Below are positions 1 to 14,218 of a DNA stretch of 64,000 nucleotides, piece after piece. The position numbers were made by a program, and so were the translations under genes. This stretch comes from Octopus sinensis. Taxonomy: Eukaryota. How positions within the stretch are numbered: the first letter of the stretch is position 1; each line of letters begins with the position of its first letter. Below the pieces are notes generated by a model that was not told the origin of the DNA, made no database searches, and worked only from the letters and a program-made list of their open reading frames with translations. The stretch lies in assembly GCF_006345805.1 (NCBI RefSeq), contig NC_043004.1, positions 43,586,001-43,650,000 of the forward strand, read 5' to 3'.

Positions 1-1825
1 AAACATTCACACACAAATACACACACGTAAACCACAGACCCACGACTTATACACATACCTATACTAACTTATAAACCTCAATATACACCAAAACCCACTC
101 ACTCCCCACACAGACAAATTAACACATACATCCCAAAACCTAAAAAACAAACCATATACACATTCACACACAAACACACACACACGCAAAACACACACAC
201 ACAACGGATACATATACTCCCTCACATATACGCATATACATACTCACTAAACTCGATATATACAACAAATTTACACACCCACACTCATACAGATAAAAAA
301 ATTATACAACTAAAAACTCACACACAAACTCATATACATAAACACTCCTATGAAAACAACATTAAATACATCGTAATTAACCAGAATATCAAAAATAACA
401 ATATGACATAAGGATAAATAAAAGACATACTTACAAGTCAGTTTCAAATTATGAAGTGAAATTAGATTCTTAGCCGTTAAAAAAATCAAACCAAAATTAC
501 GTTACCATAGAAATAACTTATGTAAAAAAAGAATACGCCCCATGGAAAGTAAACGTCATTTAAATTATGAATGGAGAAAAAGAATAAATGGAACTAAAAA
601 CTATATCCACGTGGCAAACCAACACTACTTAAAAAAATTTTATTATGAATGGATTCTTTAAAAAACTACCATGAAAAATCATTATATACATTATGAGCTT
701 TAGCACCTTAGCAGCTCTAACAAACAACTTGCAGTAACCCAAACCCATTCTCTATGCCTACCTCACTACTACACTATTCCATTCACAATTCCAAGCAACG
801 CTAGTCCACCACCGGTTATTCACGTGGCAAAACGAACACCACTCAAAAATTATGAATGAAAAAATGTAATAAAACAACCAACATCGAAAATAGACAAATA
901 CCACGAATTCCCTAAAAAAACCATGATAAACCAAAACTCATAAAAACATATAACGATAAAATCTCCCTTTGCTAAACTCTATAACAAACCTATATAGCAA
1001 TCCCCCTAACCTAAACATTCACACACAAATACACACACGTAAACCACAGACCACGACTTATACACATACCTATACTAACTTATGAACCTCAATATACACC
1101 AAAACCCACTCCCTCCCCACACAGACAATTAACACATACATCCCAAAACCTAAATAACAAACCCATATACACATTCACACAACAAACACACACACCGCAA
1201 AACACACACACACAACAGATACATATACTCCCTCACATATACGCATATACATACTCACTAAACTCGATATATACAACAATATTTACACACCCACACTCAT
1301 ACAGATAAATAAATTATACAACTAAAAACTCACACACAATCTCATATACATAACCACTCCTATGAGAACAACATTAAATACATCGTAATTAACCAAAATA
1401 TCAAAAATAACAATATGATATAAGGATAAATAAAATACATACAAGTCAGTTTCAAATTATGAAGTGAAATTAAATTCTTAGCCGTTAAAAAAACCAAACC
1501 AAAATTACGTTACCATAGAAATAACTTATGAAAAAAAAGATACGCGCCATAGAAAGTAAACGTCATTTAAATTATGAATGGAGAAATAGAATAAATGGAA
1601 CTAAAAACTATATCCACGTAGCAAACCAACACTACTTAAAAAAATTTATTATGAATGGATTCTTAAAAACTACCATGAAAAATCATTATATACATTTATG
1701 AGCTTTAGCTTACCTTAGCAGCTCTAACAAACAACTTGCAGTAACCCAAACCTATTCTCGATGCCTACCTCACTACCACACTAATCCATTCACAATTCAA
1801 GCAACGCTAGTCCACCACCCGGTTA
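1..1825. repeat. ~1012-bp tandem duplication of an A/C-rich, G-poor unit (copy 1 1-1012, partial copy 2 1013-1825)
   Basis: aaacattcacacacaaatacacacacgtaaaccacaga at 1 and 1013; near-identical through gcaacgctagtccaccac at ~800 and ~1810. Confidence 0.9.
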
Positions 1826-3099
1826 CAATTCCCAACTCCACCCATTCATTCACAATTTCAACGACATTCGCCTCCACAGCGCTACATATAAGCCTCAACA
1901 TATACACCGGAGATACACTTACACATCCGTGCGGATGGGTGAGAGTATACATTGAGTGTAGTGATGGGGCTCCCATTACTATACACATTTGTACCTGTGT
2001 GGTAGTCTCCATGTGTATATTCACGCACGGGTATAAATGCAGGGGGTACACGCGCACGTCATTTGCGTGTACCCCCTCACATGTACATATGCATGCTATT
2101 TGGGCTCGATATATGCAACAATGTAATCGCGCCCGCATACATGCATATGGGCGAATTGCACAATCAAAAAACGCACACGTGTGTGTGTGCGTTCCCTGGT
2201 TATGCAATTCACCCATCTGGGTGTGAGTGGGTGTAAGCGTATCGCTGTGGATGTCGAGCTTGATACGTATGTATATGAGTGTGTATTAGGGGGTTGAACG
2301 TATTAATTGTGTGCATGTGCTTCACGCACTTGCGTCCATGTATGGATGAATATATTGGGATTACTATGTGGGTGTAAATTGGGTATGGAGGGGGGAGTTT
2401 TGTCATTGTATAGGTGTGGGTTTCATTTGTGATGGTGGTTAGTTGGTGATTTTTAGTATGTTCTGTATATTTGGGTTAGTTATGTATTATTCTAGTGTGT
2501 ATAATTGTATACATATAATTGGTTTGAATGGGATTAAGCCCATTTTTGGGGATGTATGTGTTTATTTATCCATGTGGGGCGGGAGTGGCCGTTAGGCGTA
2601 TATGCTGAGGCTCACATGCAATTCCAGGTACAACGAATGAAGTGGACACTTATATTTGCTATGGGTGTGTGTACTTTATTATAACAGATAATACCCAATA
2701 AAATCTGTCAATTCAACATATACCAAATAAAAACAAAAAACAAAGGGATCTTAAACATTCACACATACATACAAATCTCAATAAAAACACCACTAAATAA
2801 CACCCATAAACATATAAATATATCCTCCAAAATACATATAACAAATGCATAACAAAAATACATAATAAAATAAAATAAAAAAAAAAAAAACCTAATATAA
2901 ATTATTAAAGTTTTAACGTACCATAAACTGTTGAATTAATATACATTAAAAATGAACTAATTAAAACAAAGAAATATCAATAAAGACTAACTATAATTAA
3001 AGCCTAGACAACATAACCAAAAATATTATTATCTAAACTAATTTAAACTAAACTAAAGTAACCTAAAAGGGAACTATTATTGCTATTTATCATGAAACT

Positions 3100-4445
3100 T
3101 ATTTATAGGTAAAGTAACTTATGTCTGCATTTTATTTTGCGCTCTTCACCAGTATTAAGTAAATTATCTTACTTTAAAATAAAATTTCTTTAAACTCATT
3201 AGAGCATAATAACAACAATTAACTCTATAGTATATGATTTAGTTTTACAAATTATTCCCAAAGTAAACTATAATTAATATTTAGTGATTTAAGACTCCAA
3301 ATGTACTTACTAAGTCCGTTGAGTTGATTAAGTTTTTATGTTTAAAAGAATTCATATGTTGTGCGATTCTTAGTTTTTATTTTTGAGGAAGTAGAACCTA
3401 TATAAACCGCTTTTGTGTAATTATTATTCTTAAAGTTATTATCATGTAATGTAACTATACATTTATACACTACATCGTTAATATCACAATTATTATTTAA
3501 TATACAATTAGATTTATCTCTACATGTACAATTAATAAAGTCTTATCATTATTAATATTATTATCAAATAATTTCTTTTATAAAAATTATTCAGTTTATA
3601 TTTATTAATGAAGAAATAATGTTACCAACATTATAGTGGTAGAGTAACCAACTCCAAAATTATTAAAAGAGAAATGTTTCTATATTTACGATTATCTCTA
3701 ATAAATAGTTCTAATAACATCTAAATCTCTTTAATAATATTCGTTTTTACTTGATCTCCATAAGGAACTATTAACCAAATTTTATTCTTATTAACCTTAT
3801 TATTATTATCATTATTATAAATATATTTATAATTCTTTATTTTATTAAAATTATTATCAGAATTATATCTATGTACAGCATTTAAGGAATTATTAATATT
3901 ATTAAATTTATCAATATAATTATTATAATAATTATTAAATTTATTTTTATTATATTATTCTTATTTATATTATTATTATTATATTTATTATTATTATTAT
4001 TATTCTTATTTATATTTTTATCATTTTTATTATTTTTTTAATAATATCTATTATTTTTACCAGTAAACTTAACAAAATTATAATTATTATTAGAAGTATC
4101 TCGAAAATTAACAATTAAATCTTTATCACTAATATTATAAAATTTAATATTCCTATTATAACCTGCCCCTCTAAGGGCCTCATTATAATAATTAGCATGT
4201 TTATTAAAAATCTCTATATCATAAGAGAGTAATGAAATACGTTTACTTATATTATTAATCAACGATTTTTTAATAGAAAATGGGTGATTACTATTAACAT
4301 TTATATATCTAAGGTTCTCATTAAGTTTATGATATGGTTGTGTTTTACCTGTAATAAGATTAAAATTACATCTAAATAATTAACATTATAATTCTCCTTA
4401 TATATAGTAATACTTAAACATATCTTTTAAAGAACTATATTTTAT
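3100..4445 (-). mobile_element. Decayed, extremely AT-rich Penelope-like element: RT thumb plus GIY-YIG endonuclease
   Basis: Minus-strand translations GKTQPYHKLNENLRYINVNSNHP...NNISKRISLLS...YYNEALRGAGY (PLE RT C-terminus), CTCRDKSNCILNNNCDINDVVYKCIV...VYIGST and C-terminal KCRHK; frameshifts and stops. Confidence 0.8.
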
Positions 4446-4452
4446 AATATTT

Positions 4453-4530
4453 TATAATATTTTACTATAAAATTTGATTTATCTAAATCTGGTTTTTTTT
4501 CCCTGTAATTTGGATTTATTCCCTAATATT
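4453..4530 (+). repeat. PLE pseudo-LTR terminal motif, inverted relative to the adjacent PLE ORF
   Basis: taatattttactataaaatt...aaatctg...ttccctgtaa(a)tttggatttattccctaatatt also at 42481-42556; related reverse-complement motif at 32101-32160; each abuts (TA)n. Confidence 0.7.
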
Positions 4531-4754
4531 ATTATTATTATATATATATATAATATATATTATATATATATTATATATATTATATATATATATATATACA
4601 TATATAATATATATATATATACACACACACATTTATACGAGAGTAAGCACATAAATGTGAAAGAAGATGGAGAGAAGGATACTCAAATACCAGAGGTAGA
4701 GTAATATGGTTTATATAAAAGCAGCAGAAATATAGCGAAAGCTTACTCAGAGTT

Positions 4755-4945
4755 TATGTTATAAGTTGCTCGGGCTGCCGCCAAAACTACATAGGTCTAC
4801 CCGATTATCGCTCAGACGCAGATGGACCCTACACCGACAGCAGATAGCAGTCCCAGAATACAGAATGATACCATTTAGCAAACATATTGAGAAATGCGCA
4901 AATCAACTGTTATTACAATTTGTAATCTTTCTATTCTATCAATGT
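4755..4945 (+). mobile_element. PLE GIY-YIG endonuclease fragment
   Basis: ISCSGCRQNYIG, then a frameshift to STRLSLRRRWTLHRQQIAVPEYRMIPFSKHIEKC...FYQC; homologous to the 26.9 kb and 37.8 kb fragments. Confidence 0.7.
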
Positions 4946-5271
4946 TTTCCCATTCTAAAAGGACAAACCATATGTAATTCATCATTTAGTGATATACACA
5001 TCTTGTGTTTCTGCAAAATGCTTATGTGAAGTACTTCACCATAAGTATTCTTACATGGCAAACCCTAGATTTCATTGGTTAGCTTTTGGAACAAATCAAA
5101 ACGGGAAAAATAAATATGAACGAAAATGGATTTTGAAAGCTTGCTAATCTCTATCTCGTCGAAATATGTTACAAAAGAACTGTGTAATCGTGGTTAAGAA
5201 TCTACAAGTGTAATATTTAATGCAGAGATGTATATCGAATTTGTATATAAATACATTGGATACGACACATC

Positions 5272-5319
<48 letters not shown>

Positions 5320-5333
5320 AGATAGATAGATAT

Positions 5334-5394
<61 letters not shown>

Positions 5395-6199
5395 TATAGA
5401 TATATATATAGATATAGATATGGATATAGATAGATAAAGAGATAGATAGATAATAGTTAGAGTATCTAGATATCAAACGTTATTCCACCTAATATGAATG
5501 GAACTTTATCGAACAAATTTGAAAAACATTGTACGTAGGAATAATTCTTTACTACTTACACTGATGGAGTTTATTCAAACATAAATATTAGTGTTGACAT
5601 TTTGCTTTCAAAGTCAGAATGTGAGTACCAGATAATCTCTGTCGAGAAAGGCAGTAGCCGTTTCAAGATAAAACGAAGTAAAATATTTTCGTTTAATGTA
5701 GCAATCCCTGGATGAAAGTAAAAGAAAACAATTAAATACATGCGATGCAGGAATATTTCATGAACCGTATAGACATTTGTTGAATAACATATCATATATG
5801 AAGCACATGATTATGCAGAATGGATCTGCATACCATTTTGCATATATATGTATACCTGCACATGTGTGCGTATGTGGTGTTTATGAATATATATATATAT
5901 ATATATAACAATTTAGTAGATAAAACATATGCATGCATACATGCATACATATATGTACATATCTACATCTAAATGTATATATACATGCATATATGGGTAC
6001 AGAACACCACAAATAAATGTAGAACACAACAAGAAACGAAAACATTAAACGAAAACAAGGAAACGGACTTATTTTAACAACGAAAAAACAGTACAAGACA
6101 TACAACAAAGAGGATACATTCATAGAAAGGTACAAACCCAGATTTAACAAACTTTAACACATTTCATGCACAAATAACTATTTTTACACAAGATTGATT

Positions 6200-6860
6200 C
6201 TTAACGTGAGACGGCTACACAGCTAACAACCTAAACTTTAGCCACTCGGCTACATTAAAACGACTGCTGTCTACTCTCCCACCAGGCAGAAGTACGTCTA
6301 GGTCAAGTAGGATATAAAGATTGCTATTCAGTACTGTCAAGGCTTTCGGCTTGTCTGTAATGTTCAGGTCCTGTCATATTTCGAGAGACTATGACCACAG
6401 GAACGATTTTCTCCACATTGAATGGAATATCACTGACAGGACCCTTCTGAACTCACCTGTAACTCGCAATAACAAAGTATATTTCTGCGAGAGACTACAC
6501 ACAGCCACCCACCAGCAGTATCCCTGTTGTTGTCATCAGTGTTAATGACCATAGTTCTGCATGTTCAATGTACAAGGGCACGTTACTTAACACTTGCTTC
6601 TAATACAATAAAGTGATGCCTGTAAATACAACAGAATACAGCCTCCAGATATTGCGTCAACTGAAAACTGATGAAAATAACTAATGTCGCTTCGAGACCA
6701 ACATCACACATACCCAGAGATGACTAATAGAGGTCTAACATACAGAAGACTTCTTGCACACGTTTCATCTGTTACTCTCCCTGTAGACATCTGAGAAGTT
6801 AGGTTTGTGCTATGAGCCCCAAAATTTGTAAGCTGATGCAGGTGCGACAAGCAGTAATTA
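6200..6860 (-). mobile_element. Probable RTE-like LINE 3' fragment, highly decayed
   Basis: Minus translation has ILCYCEL (LLYGEL-like) and a terminal Cys-containing remnant; many stops. Confidence 0.35.
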
Positions 6861-7079
6861 AATGATACTATACAAAAATACACACATGCATACATAAGTG
6901 CACACACATAAACACACAAACACTCACACACACACATATATTTATATGTACATATGTATATGTATATATATATATATATATACAACGGGTTTCTTTCAGC
7001 TTCCGGCTGTTTTTAGTTTCCGTCTACCAAATCCAAATGGGCAAACTATGAGTATAACCTGTGTTTTACATCTGAGTAT

Positions 7080-7785
7080 ATTTTAAGTAAATAGGGATTC
7101 TGGCTGCAAAAGATGGGAAGATGCCCTTCAATAAAATTTACACATGTTGCGGCTAGCGTTGTATGGGGGAGCCTTTCTTACAATGGACCAGGATAAATTA
7201 TAGGTGACGTTTGGTAGTTACGGTTGTGTTTAGAAGTTGCTAAGGAAATACATAATTTAGAATGTGGATTGTAGACTAACCATATGTGCTTGATAGCAGC
7301 ACTAGAAATCAACAGTACCGCTAATATACATCGTTGCTCGTTGGGAACGATGCGTTTCTGCACCTCATTTGTAGACTACATGTTTGCGTAGACCCAAACC
7401 TCCGACAGAGCTGAGACGCACGGTAATTGTATATTTCCCTGCCTGTCCTGCGGTTTGAATTTATCATTGGGAAGGCCAGGTCCGCATGATCCGCTACCAG
7501 CAAAGAATAACTGGAGATGTAATCAGTATTGGATTGGGAAGGGGTATTATTGCTAATATATATGGTCGTATGAGTTTGTGGAGAGAAGGATTCAGGTTGG
7601 AATTATTGAGTCGGTTGTGGGGCGAGATTACTAAGGGTTGTATTATTGCAACTAGGTGTGTTCGGTGAGGCTCGGTGAGATGGACTGTATAGTCTAATAC
7701 AGGCGTTGAGGTTTGCGTCTCTCAGAAGAGGCAATAATGGATCCTAATTTGGGCATGGTGAGTAGGAAACTTTTTTCAAGTTGCT
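7080..7785 (-). mobile_element. PLE GIY-YIG endonuclease remnant
   Basis: Minus translation LRKHVVYK...MYISG...YNLSWSIVRKAPPYNASRNMCKF, the same endonuclease type as the 3.1-3.8 kb copy. Confidence 0.6.
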
Positions 7786-7789
7786 GTTC

Positions 7790-9900
7790 GAGAGCTGTGG
7801 CCGTACTGGGGAAATACCGTTTCCTTTGCTATACTTTCACTAAACCTCGGTTGATGTGTTGCATTTTGTGAATGAAGAAGCCTGATCCTGCTGCCTTCAT
7901 CTGTGTTTCTTGACTCAGGTTATGTTCATCCGTATCACTTGACACGGTAAGATCTAGTTTCGTTTTGAAGATACCTATAACCACCACATGTTGTACGCTT
8001 TGTAGGAGGTTATTGAAGGTGTATGGGCACTTGACGCCCAAGCTGTTGAAGTATCTTGTCCTGTATCCTGATGGGAACGTTGGGATTTTTGGTACTATGT
8101 ATTGGCACCCCGTTCTAATGTGTGTGTAACTGACCATGCCAAAGTTTGGTACAAGTACTTTTAGGGTTATCCAGATCTATATTACTGGGTATCTTCACCG
8201 ACTTCGTTCTAGGGAGTGGAGTCTCCCCGTAACTGAGACTTCGTATTAAGGCGATCTTCTTTATGTAGCTTCGCGAGATTGCTTCTAGGTCTGTGGTTAA
8301 TTTTACAGTGTGGTGACCACATTTGGGAGCAGTAACACAAACGGCTGAAGACGAATGTCCTCCAGAGGACATTCGTGGTTTCCTGTTCTTTCTTCTGAGA
8401 TTTCGAAGGACCCATCTGGCCAATCGTCTTTATTTTATTGCCAGGTTAATAATATGCACCTGCAAAGATATATTGGTTTCGCAGGGCTTGGAATTTTCGA
8501 TCATTAAACTGCATGTTATTTTCCTCATCCCACTTGTATAATGCATCCATCTACCGTTACAGATGCGCTATGCCTTCAGGGTTCTGAATTATCTGCGACT
8601 CCTTCGTATCATCTGCATTGCTAGCAAGGGTGGGTACACAAGTATCTGAGGGCATGTCTGAGAGGGCCACTACGATTAGCAACGGCTCCGAGACAGTGTT
8701 CTGTGAGAACGCCACTCATTATTTGTATTTCGTTGGAAGTGGCCGCTTTGGTCACAACTTTCTGACTTCTATCTTTGAGGAAGTATTGTAGCTACTCTCA
8801 AAGTTTTCCAACTATGCCAAGATTTCGCAGCTTGTAAGATATCATAACATGGTCGATTCTTCCACAGGCTTTTCAAAGTCAATATATATCACATCCACAT
8901 TTGAGTTGTTCTACAGCTGCTTTAGCAACTGGTAGAATGGCTGCAGGAGCTATATAGGCAGCTTTTACCTGGTTCAAAACTGAGCTGGGTGTTTGTCAGC
9001 AAGTCATTCTCTTCAAGGAAAGCAACATATTTCCTTCGCATTATTCGTTCCACGATTTTGCTGATGCGTGATGTCAGCGTGATAGGCCTATAGTACTTAG
9101 CATCTGCTATGCTTCTTCCTTTGTAAATAAGGACGTTTACTCGGGATCTTACCTTTTGTAAAGAAGCTCTGAAAAGAAACTCCAGCGGTTTGGAAGGATT
9201 CATTTGCTTGACTTGAGAAGGATTGTTGGGAATCCATCGGGATCAGTAGCTGACATTGCCTCTCTGTTATCTATTACCAGTATTACATCCTCTTCTTTGA
9301 TGTTGATGTAATCAATTGTTACTGCCTCCCTTTCAACTTCTGTAGTGCTAATAAGGTTTGTTAATTTGCATGTGCCGTAAGGGTGAATAAAAGATATTTT
9401 TGAATTGTTCACTCAGTGTTTCACATATCCTCATTAGGCTTCCCGTGAGCGAATCATACTTTTAGAGGAATGACTCTACTTTGCAACGCATGGAGTCAGT
9501 TTCTTGGCATAATTTGTATGCCCTCTCATAAGAAATTTTCTGTCCCTGTGAATCTTGTTTTTATGTGCTGAAGCCTTTCTCTCTGGAATAAAACTGTAGC
9601 ATATGGCTTGTATTATGGAAATGAATATTTTTAATTTCATGTCGATTTCAAGTGTAGAGAGAGATTGAGAGCAAGCCTGTTTGATGATTTCTTTCTCTGT
9701 AGATTTCCAGTCTGCTTTGTAGTAATTCAGATTGGATAGATGTTGCATGTGTTTTATACGTTGCATGTCTGTGGGCTCCTTTTGACAATATATGGTCAGC
9801 TCTATTATGTTGAGATCCGACACTAGAGTCGGTTCACTTTCAAATTATGGATGACATTTATATTGTTTATGAAGCAGGGATCAAGTATAATGTTAGTATA
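7790..9900 (-). mobile_element. CR1-type LINE ORF2 pseudogene (RT domain to 3' end)
   Basis: Collinear ORF pieces YKADWK, SATDPDGFPTILLK, YYRPITLTSRISKIVERI...EPGKSCL, VDVIYIDF, ADDTK, LWRTFVFSRLCYCSQMWSP; 3' tail ccagtacggccacagct. Confidence 0.85.
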
Positions 9901-10444
9901 ATAGTTGGTTACAGTTTCCCATAGTTGGTGCTTGCCCCTGTTGCTTTAAATATGTTCTTTGCCCTAGGTGGTATACAAGATTCCCTCATTGGTCAGATTT
10001 ATTGAAGACGGGCTAATATTTATGCTGTGGTGAGAAATGAGAGTTTAGAATTGTAAAGAAATGTTCAGGTAAAGATTTTATTTGGAGGGAGAGGGGTGGT
10101 ACAAATCATAGTTTCTCGCGCTTGCTGCCCTTAGAGAGCTCAGAGCAAGTGGGTATAGTGGGCGAGTCGAGGTTTGTAGTCATTATAACTTCAAAGTGGT
10201 CGGTGGAGCTGTTCCTATGCACACACACACACACACACACACATACATACACACATGTGTATACACACACAGACGCACAGACGCACGCACGCACCCACCC
10301 ACCCACACGTACATATATATAACTACCTATATACGCGCATACGCGCACAGACAGAGATGTGTGTATATATCTATCTATATCTATCTATCTATATATATAT
10401 ATGTTTAGGTATATATATATAATTATATGTATATATATATATAT

Positions 10445-10486
<42 letters not shown>

Positions 10487-10493
10487 TATAATA

Positions 10494-10547
<54 letters not shown>

Positions 10548-11789
10548 TATTATATATATATATGTATACATACACATATGCACATATATTTCACGTAGTT
10601 TCCTGCTTATTGCTATTATTTCATTTGCTTGCTCACTGCACTTCTCTACTGAAAGGATTTAAAATGAAGCGTGTTCGAGATATCACGTTCTGCGTGTACT
10701 TTTGACTTTCTATATCTAGAACGAAATTATCCACAGAATAATTCTATTGCAACTCTAGGCTGTAATTTAGAGGTATTGAATAATAATTGTAGAATAATGT
10801 GCGACCACAGAAATGATCATTGCTTTTCCTAACTTAGTTAATGATATGGCTTTCTCTCTGATTTTCGCATTTTTGATACAGAACAATGCATTTTTTTTCT
10901 TTTCGAAAATTCGTTATATCCATTTATATCTACATCCTATCATTTCTCTTTTACTGCAGACGAATAGCGTTCAATGTTGCAAACGTCGGTCATATCTTTG
11001 AATAATAATTTACCGTGCGGAAATTTTATGCTTTCGTTTTCCATTAAATGTCTAAATAGCTTTCTTGAAATATAACATTTACCATGAGAATGATATCAGT
11101 CAATATTTATGACCTCCCTCAAATACCATTTTTTTGACAAGTATTTTACTCCATACGTCTAAAATTATATTACGTTATTTTGTGACTCTTCGCTTCTCCA
11201 AGTAACATTTATAGCTATAACATATTTTGTAAAGTTAGAAAAGAGATATTTCTATATACTAAAGACTAAGAATATATTAACTTATATATAATCCATTTTG
11301 CAAAATATTTAAGGTGTAACAACTTACAATATTGTACATTCTTTGCAAAGTTACATCGACAGACCTGTTCAGAGGGATATGCACTGATGCAAGTAAACTG
11401 AGGTAGGGTATAAATAAATCGAGAGCTATTTAGAATTGCATCTTTCAAAGACATAATGATCTTTTGTATGAAATGAGAAATTTTAATAATTTTATTCATT
11501 CACGTTAATGAAAAGTTTGCCTTTCGTAGTCCTACTACTGCAATGTATAAGAGCAAAATATTTTTTCCTTCAGCATAGGTCGTGTCGTTAGGAAGTGTAC
11601 TTCGAAAACATAAGTTTGAGTCCCTTGTAATAAAATCATAAAATGCTATTTTTTGCATTACACCGAACCCGAGAAGCCTTTTTAAAGTAAAAGTTGGAAC
11701 GTGGTGACTGCTCTCCGTTGGGTGGTTAGGAAATATTTACAGTGTGCCTGAGAGGTATTATAGCAATGGCTTGGGATGAAGGAAGGCTA

Positions 11790-12140
11790 TTGCAAAAGTA
11801 AGGTGCAGAATAAATAGGCATCAGACAGTAGAGTTGGAAGTAAGTATATGGGATGAAGTTTGGGAATTATCTCTTTATACCCGAGTTGAAGCAATAAAGA
11901 CAGTGAAAGTACACGGAATAAGAAGTAAGATATGGAGTGCTTGATATGAATGTGGAAGAGACTGAGGTAGATGTAGAGGTGGAGACCGTGGGTAAATGAA
12001 AGATGGAACGTGTGAGGAATTATTTTTTAAAATTTTATGGCAGTGGAGATACTTAAATGAAAATTCTGACGTCAAAAATAGAGGAGGTGGATTCTAAGCA
12101 GAGGTGAAATTTATAATGCAAGAGCCGAGAGTAATTTGTT
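11790..12140 (-). mobile_element. Possible old LINE 3'-end fragment
   Basis: Purine-rich plus strand with compositional shift; only weak protein-like remnants on the minus strand. Confidence 0.25.
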
Positions 12141-14187
12141 GTTTGCTGAAAAAAGAATGTATGAAACTTCTTAAATAGAATGATAGTATAGTTCCTTAAT
12201 AAAGTCAGTGTATGTGAATGTAAGTATATACATATGTATATATGCATTTACATCCAGTCAATACAACTGATTCGAGTCATCCTGCATCTGTACCTCATAG
12301 GTGCTAACTTCATCTCCTAAGGTGATCTTTTAAAGTCCCTCGCTCTTTAATTTAGTAGTGTATATGATATCAATTCTATAGCCCTTCACACACACATTGA
12401 AACATTTTGGATCATGCAATGGCGAAATATTAATATGCATATTAATACTAGCCGCAACTTGAGCAATATAATGCCATTTGTTTGTATGTGTCTGTGTGCG
12501 CGCGCGCGTGCGTGCGTTTGTGTGTGCGTGTGTACGTTTGCGTGTGTATATGCGCGTGTGTGTATGTGTGTGTGTGTGTGTGTGTGTGAATTATTTCAAA
12601 AGTTTGATTCGCCTCCTGTAACTTAACATTTCACAGGCTTCATGTAGAAACCTAGCTAATTTCCATTTCAAGTAACCGAATGAATTATTGCTGGAAGTTC
12701 ATGATGCCTACTGAAATTTAGGCTGTCAGTGGCCAAAGGGGTTCTCATGATGGTGTTAAAAAAGAGGTCGGCATTCTGCGACATCAGACACATTACAGAT
12801 GACCACGTGGTTGGAAAGTAGCTAGTAGTATGCTGCTTCAGTGCTCATATACATGTTTGCGTGTGTGTGTATGTGTGTGTGTGTTTGTGTGTGTGTGCGT
12901 GTGTGTGTGTGTGTAAGCAGTTTTACATAGAATCGAAACAGGCAGTCTTATAACCAACCGTTTGACTGAGCAAATATCTTTATATTCAACTGAGACCTAT
13001 ATTCTCCGTAAGCTAGCAGCTGCATAAATTTTCGATGCTATAAAGTTCTTTATATATCATTAAATACAGTTGTCTCTTGTCCCGACACTCTAAATATATA
13101 TGTAAGTTTTATATGCTGTCGTTTGTTTGAATGACAGTATCTACATGTATGTAACAACGCTTTCTGTATCTGTCTTCGAAATACATTTCGTAATCTATGA
13201 AGTAAATTAATGTAACCTGCCGAAATAAACGGTTTTTAATAAATATTTATACGTGTCTACAATGAATTGCCACTTCATAAATTTTGGTATAAATCTAAAG
13301 TGCCTAATCTCCACAGGAATATATTCAAACAGACAAGAATATGTAAAAATAGCTCATAAATATGTAATAAATTGTCCGGACAATTACTTCATCAAATCTA
13401 TGCAAAATTACATATTTGGAAATGGCAGCATAATAAAAATCCAATAAAGGATAGGTTGTATTAACTTCCAATGGAAGAAAATTTGAACCTGATTTTTGCA
13501 TACTTTTAGAATTTTCTTCTGTAACATATAATGAAGTAGACTGTTAAAATTCGAAAATTATTCAAAAGTGAGAAAAGCTTACATTTTGTATTGTGTTGGC
13601 TTATACGAATATATATTTCAGGCAATAATGCCAATGTTATACAGATGACTAATTTAGTAAATGCATTCCTATAATCATAAATAAATATAGACAGAAAAAT
13701 CATTCTACTTTAATATTTATTAATATTCATGTTTTTAGTCATAAAATGATTTATTCAGGGTCAAACTGTCAATATGTTGAAAACAATAATTACATTTATT
13801 AAAGTTAATTATCCGTAATTTATGCCAATCTCCCTCTAAAATGAACTGCAAAATGGTCACTAATATGTTGTCACAATGAGTTCACGTAATTGATGAAGCC
13901 TTCAACACTACATTGTTATATTGAGTTACAATACTGTAAGATCAAACTTCAAATTGAGCCGCGATGTAACTTCATGCTCATCCTGAGGTTAAGCCAAATA
14001 ACAACTAATCACGTAAAAAAAGAACTTGAATTACTCGATGAAAACAAGATCAACAAAGTATAAAGCGCTTTGTATAGATTTCAATTCATTGTTTTCTGGA
14101 ATATCTAGTTGTGTGAAATGTATGTTTGTGTGCGCATCTGTATATATCCTCACAAATGCGTGGAGATGCACAAGTAAATTTACACAT

Positions 14188-14218
<31 letters not shown>

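Noticed and set aside
7365-7367. In-frame UGA at a conserved Cys (VVYK*) suggesting selenocysteine, as reported for some PLEs
   Set aside because: The copy has many other stops and frameshifts, no SECIS was identified, and a single substitution explains it
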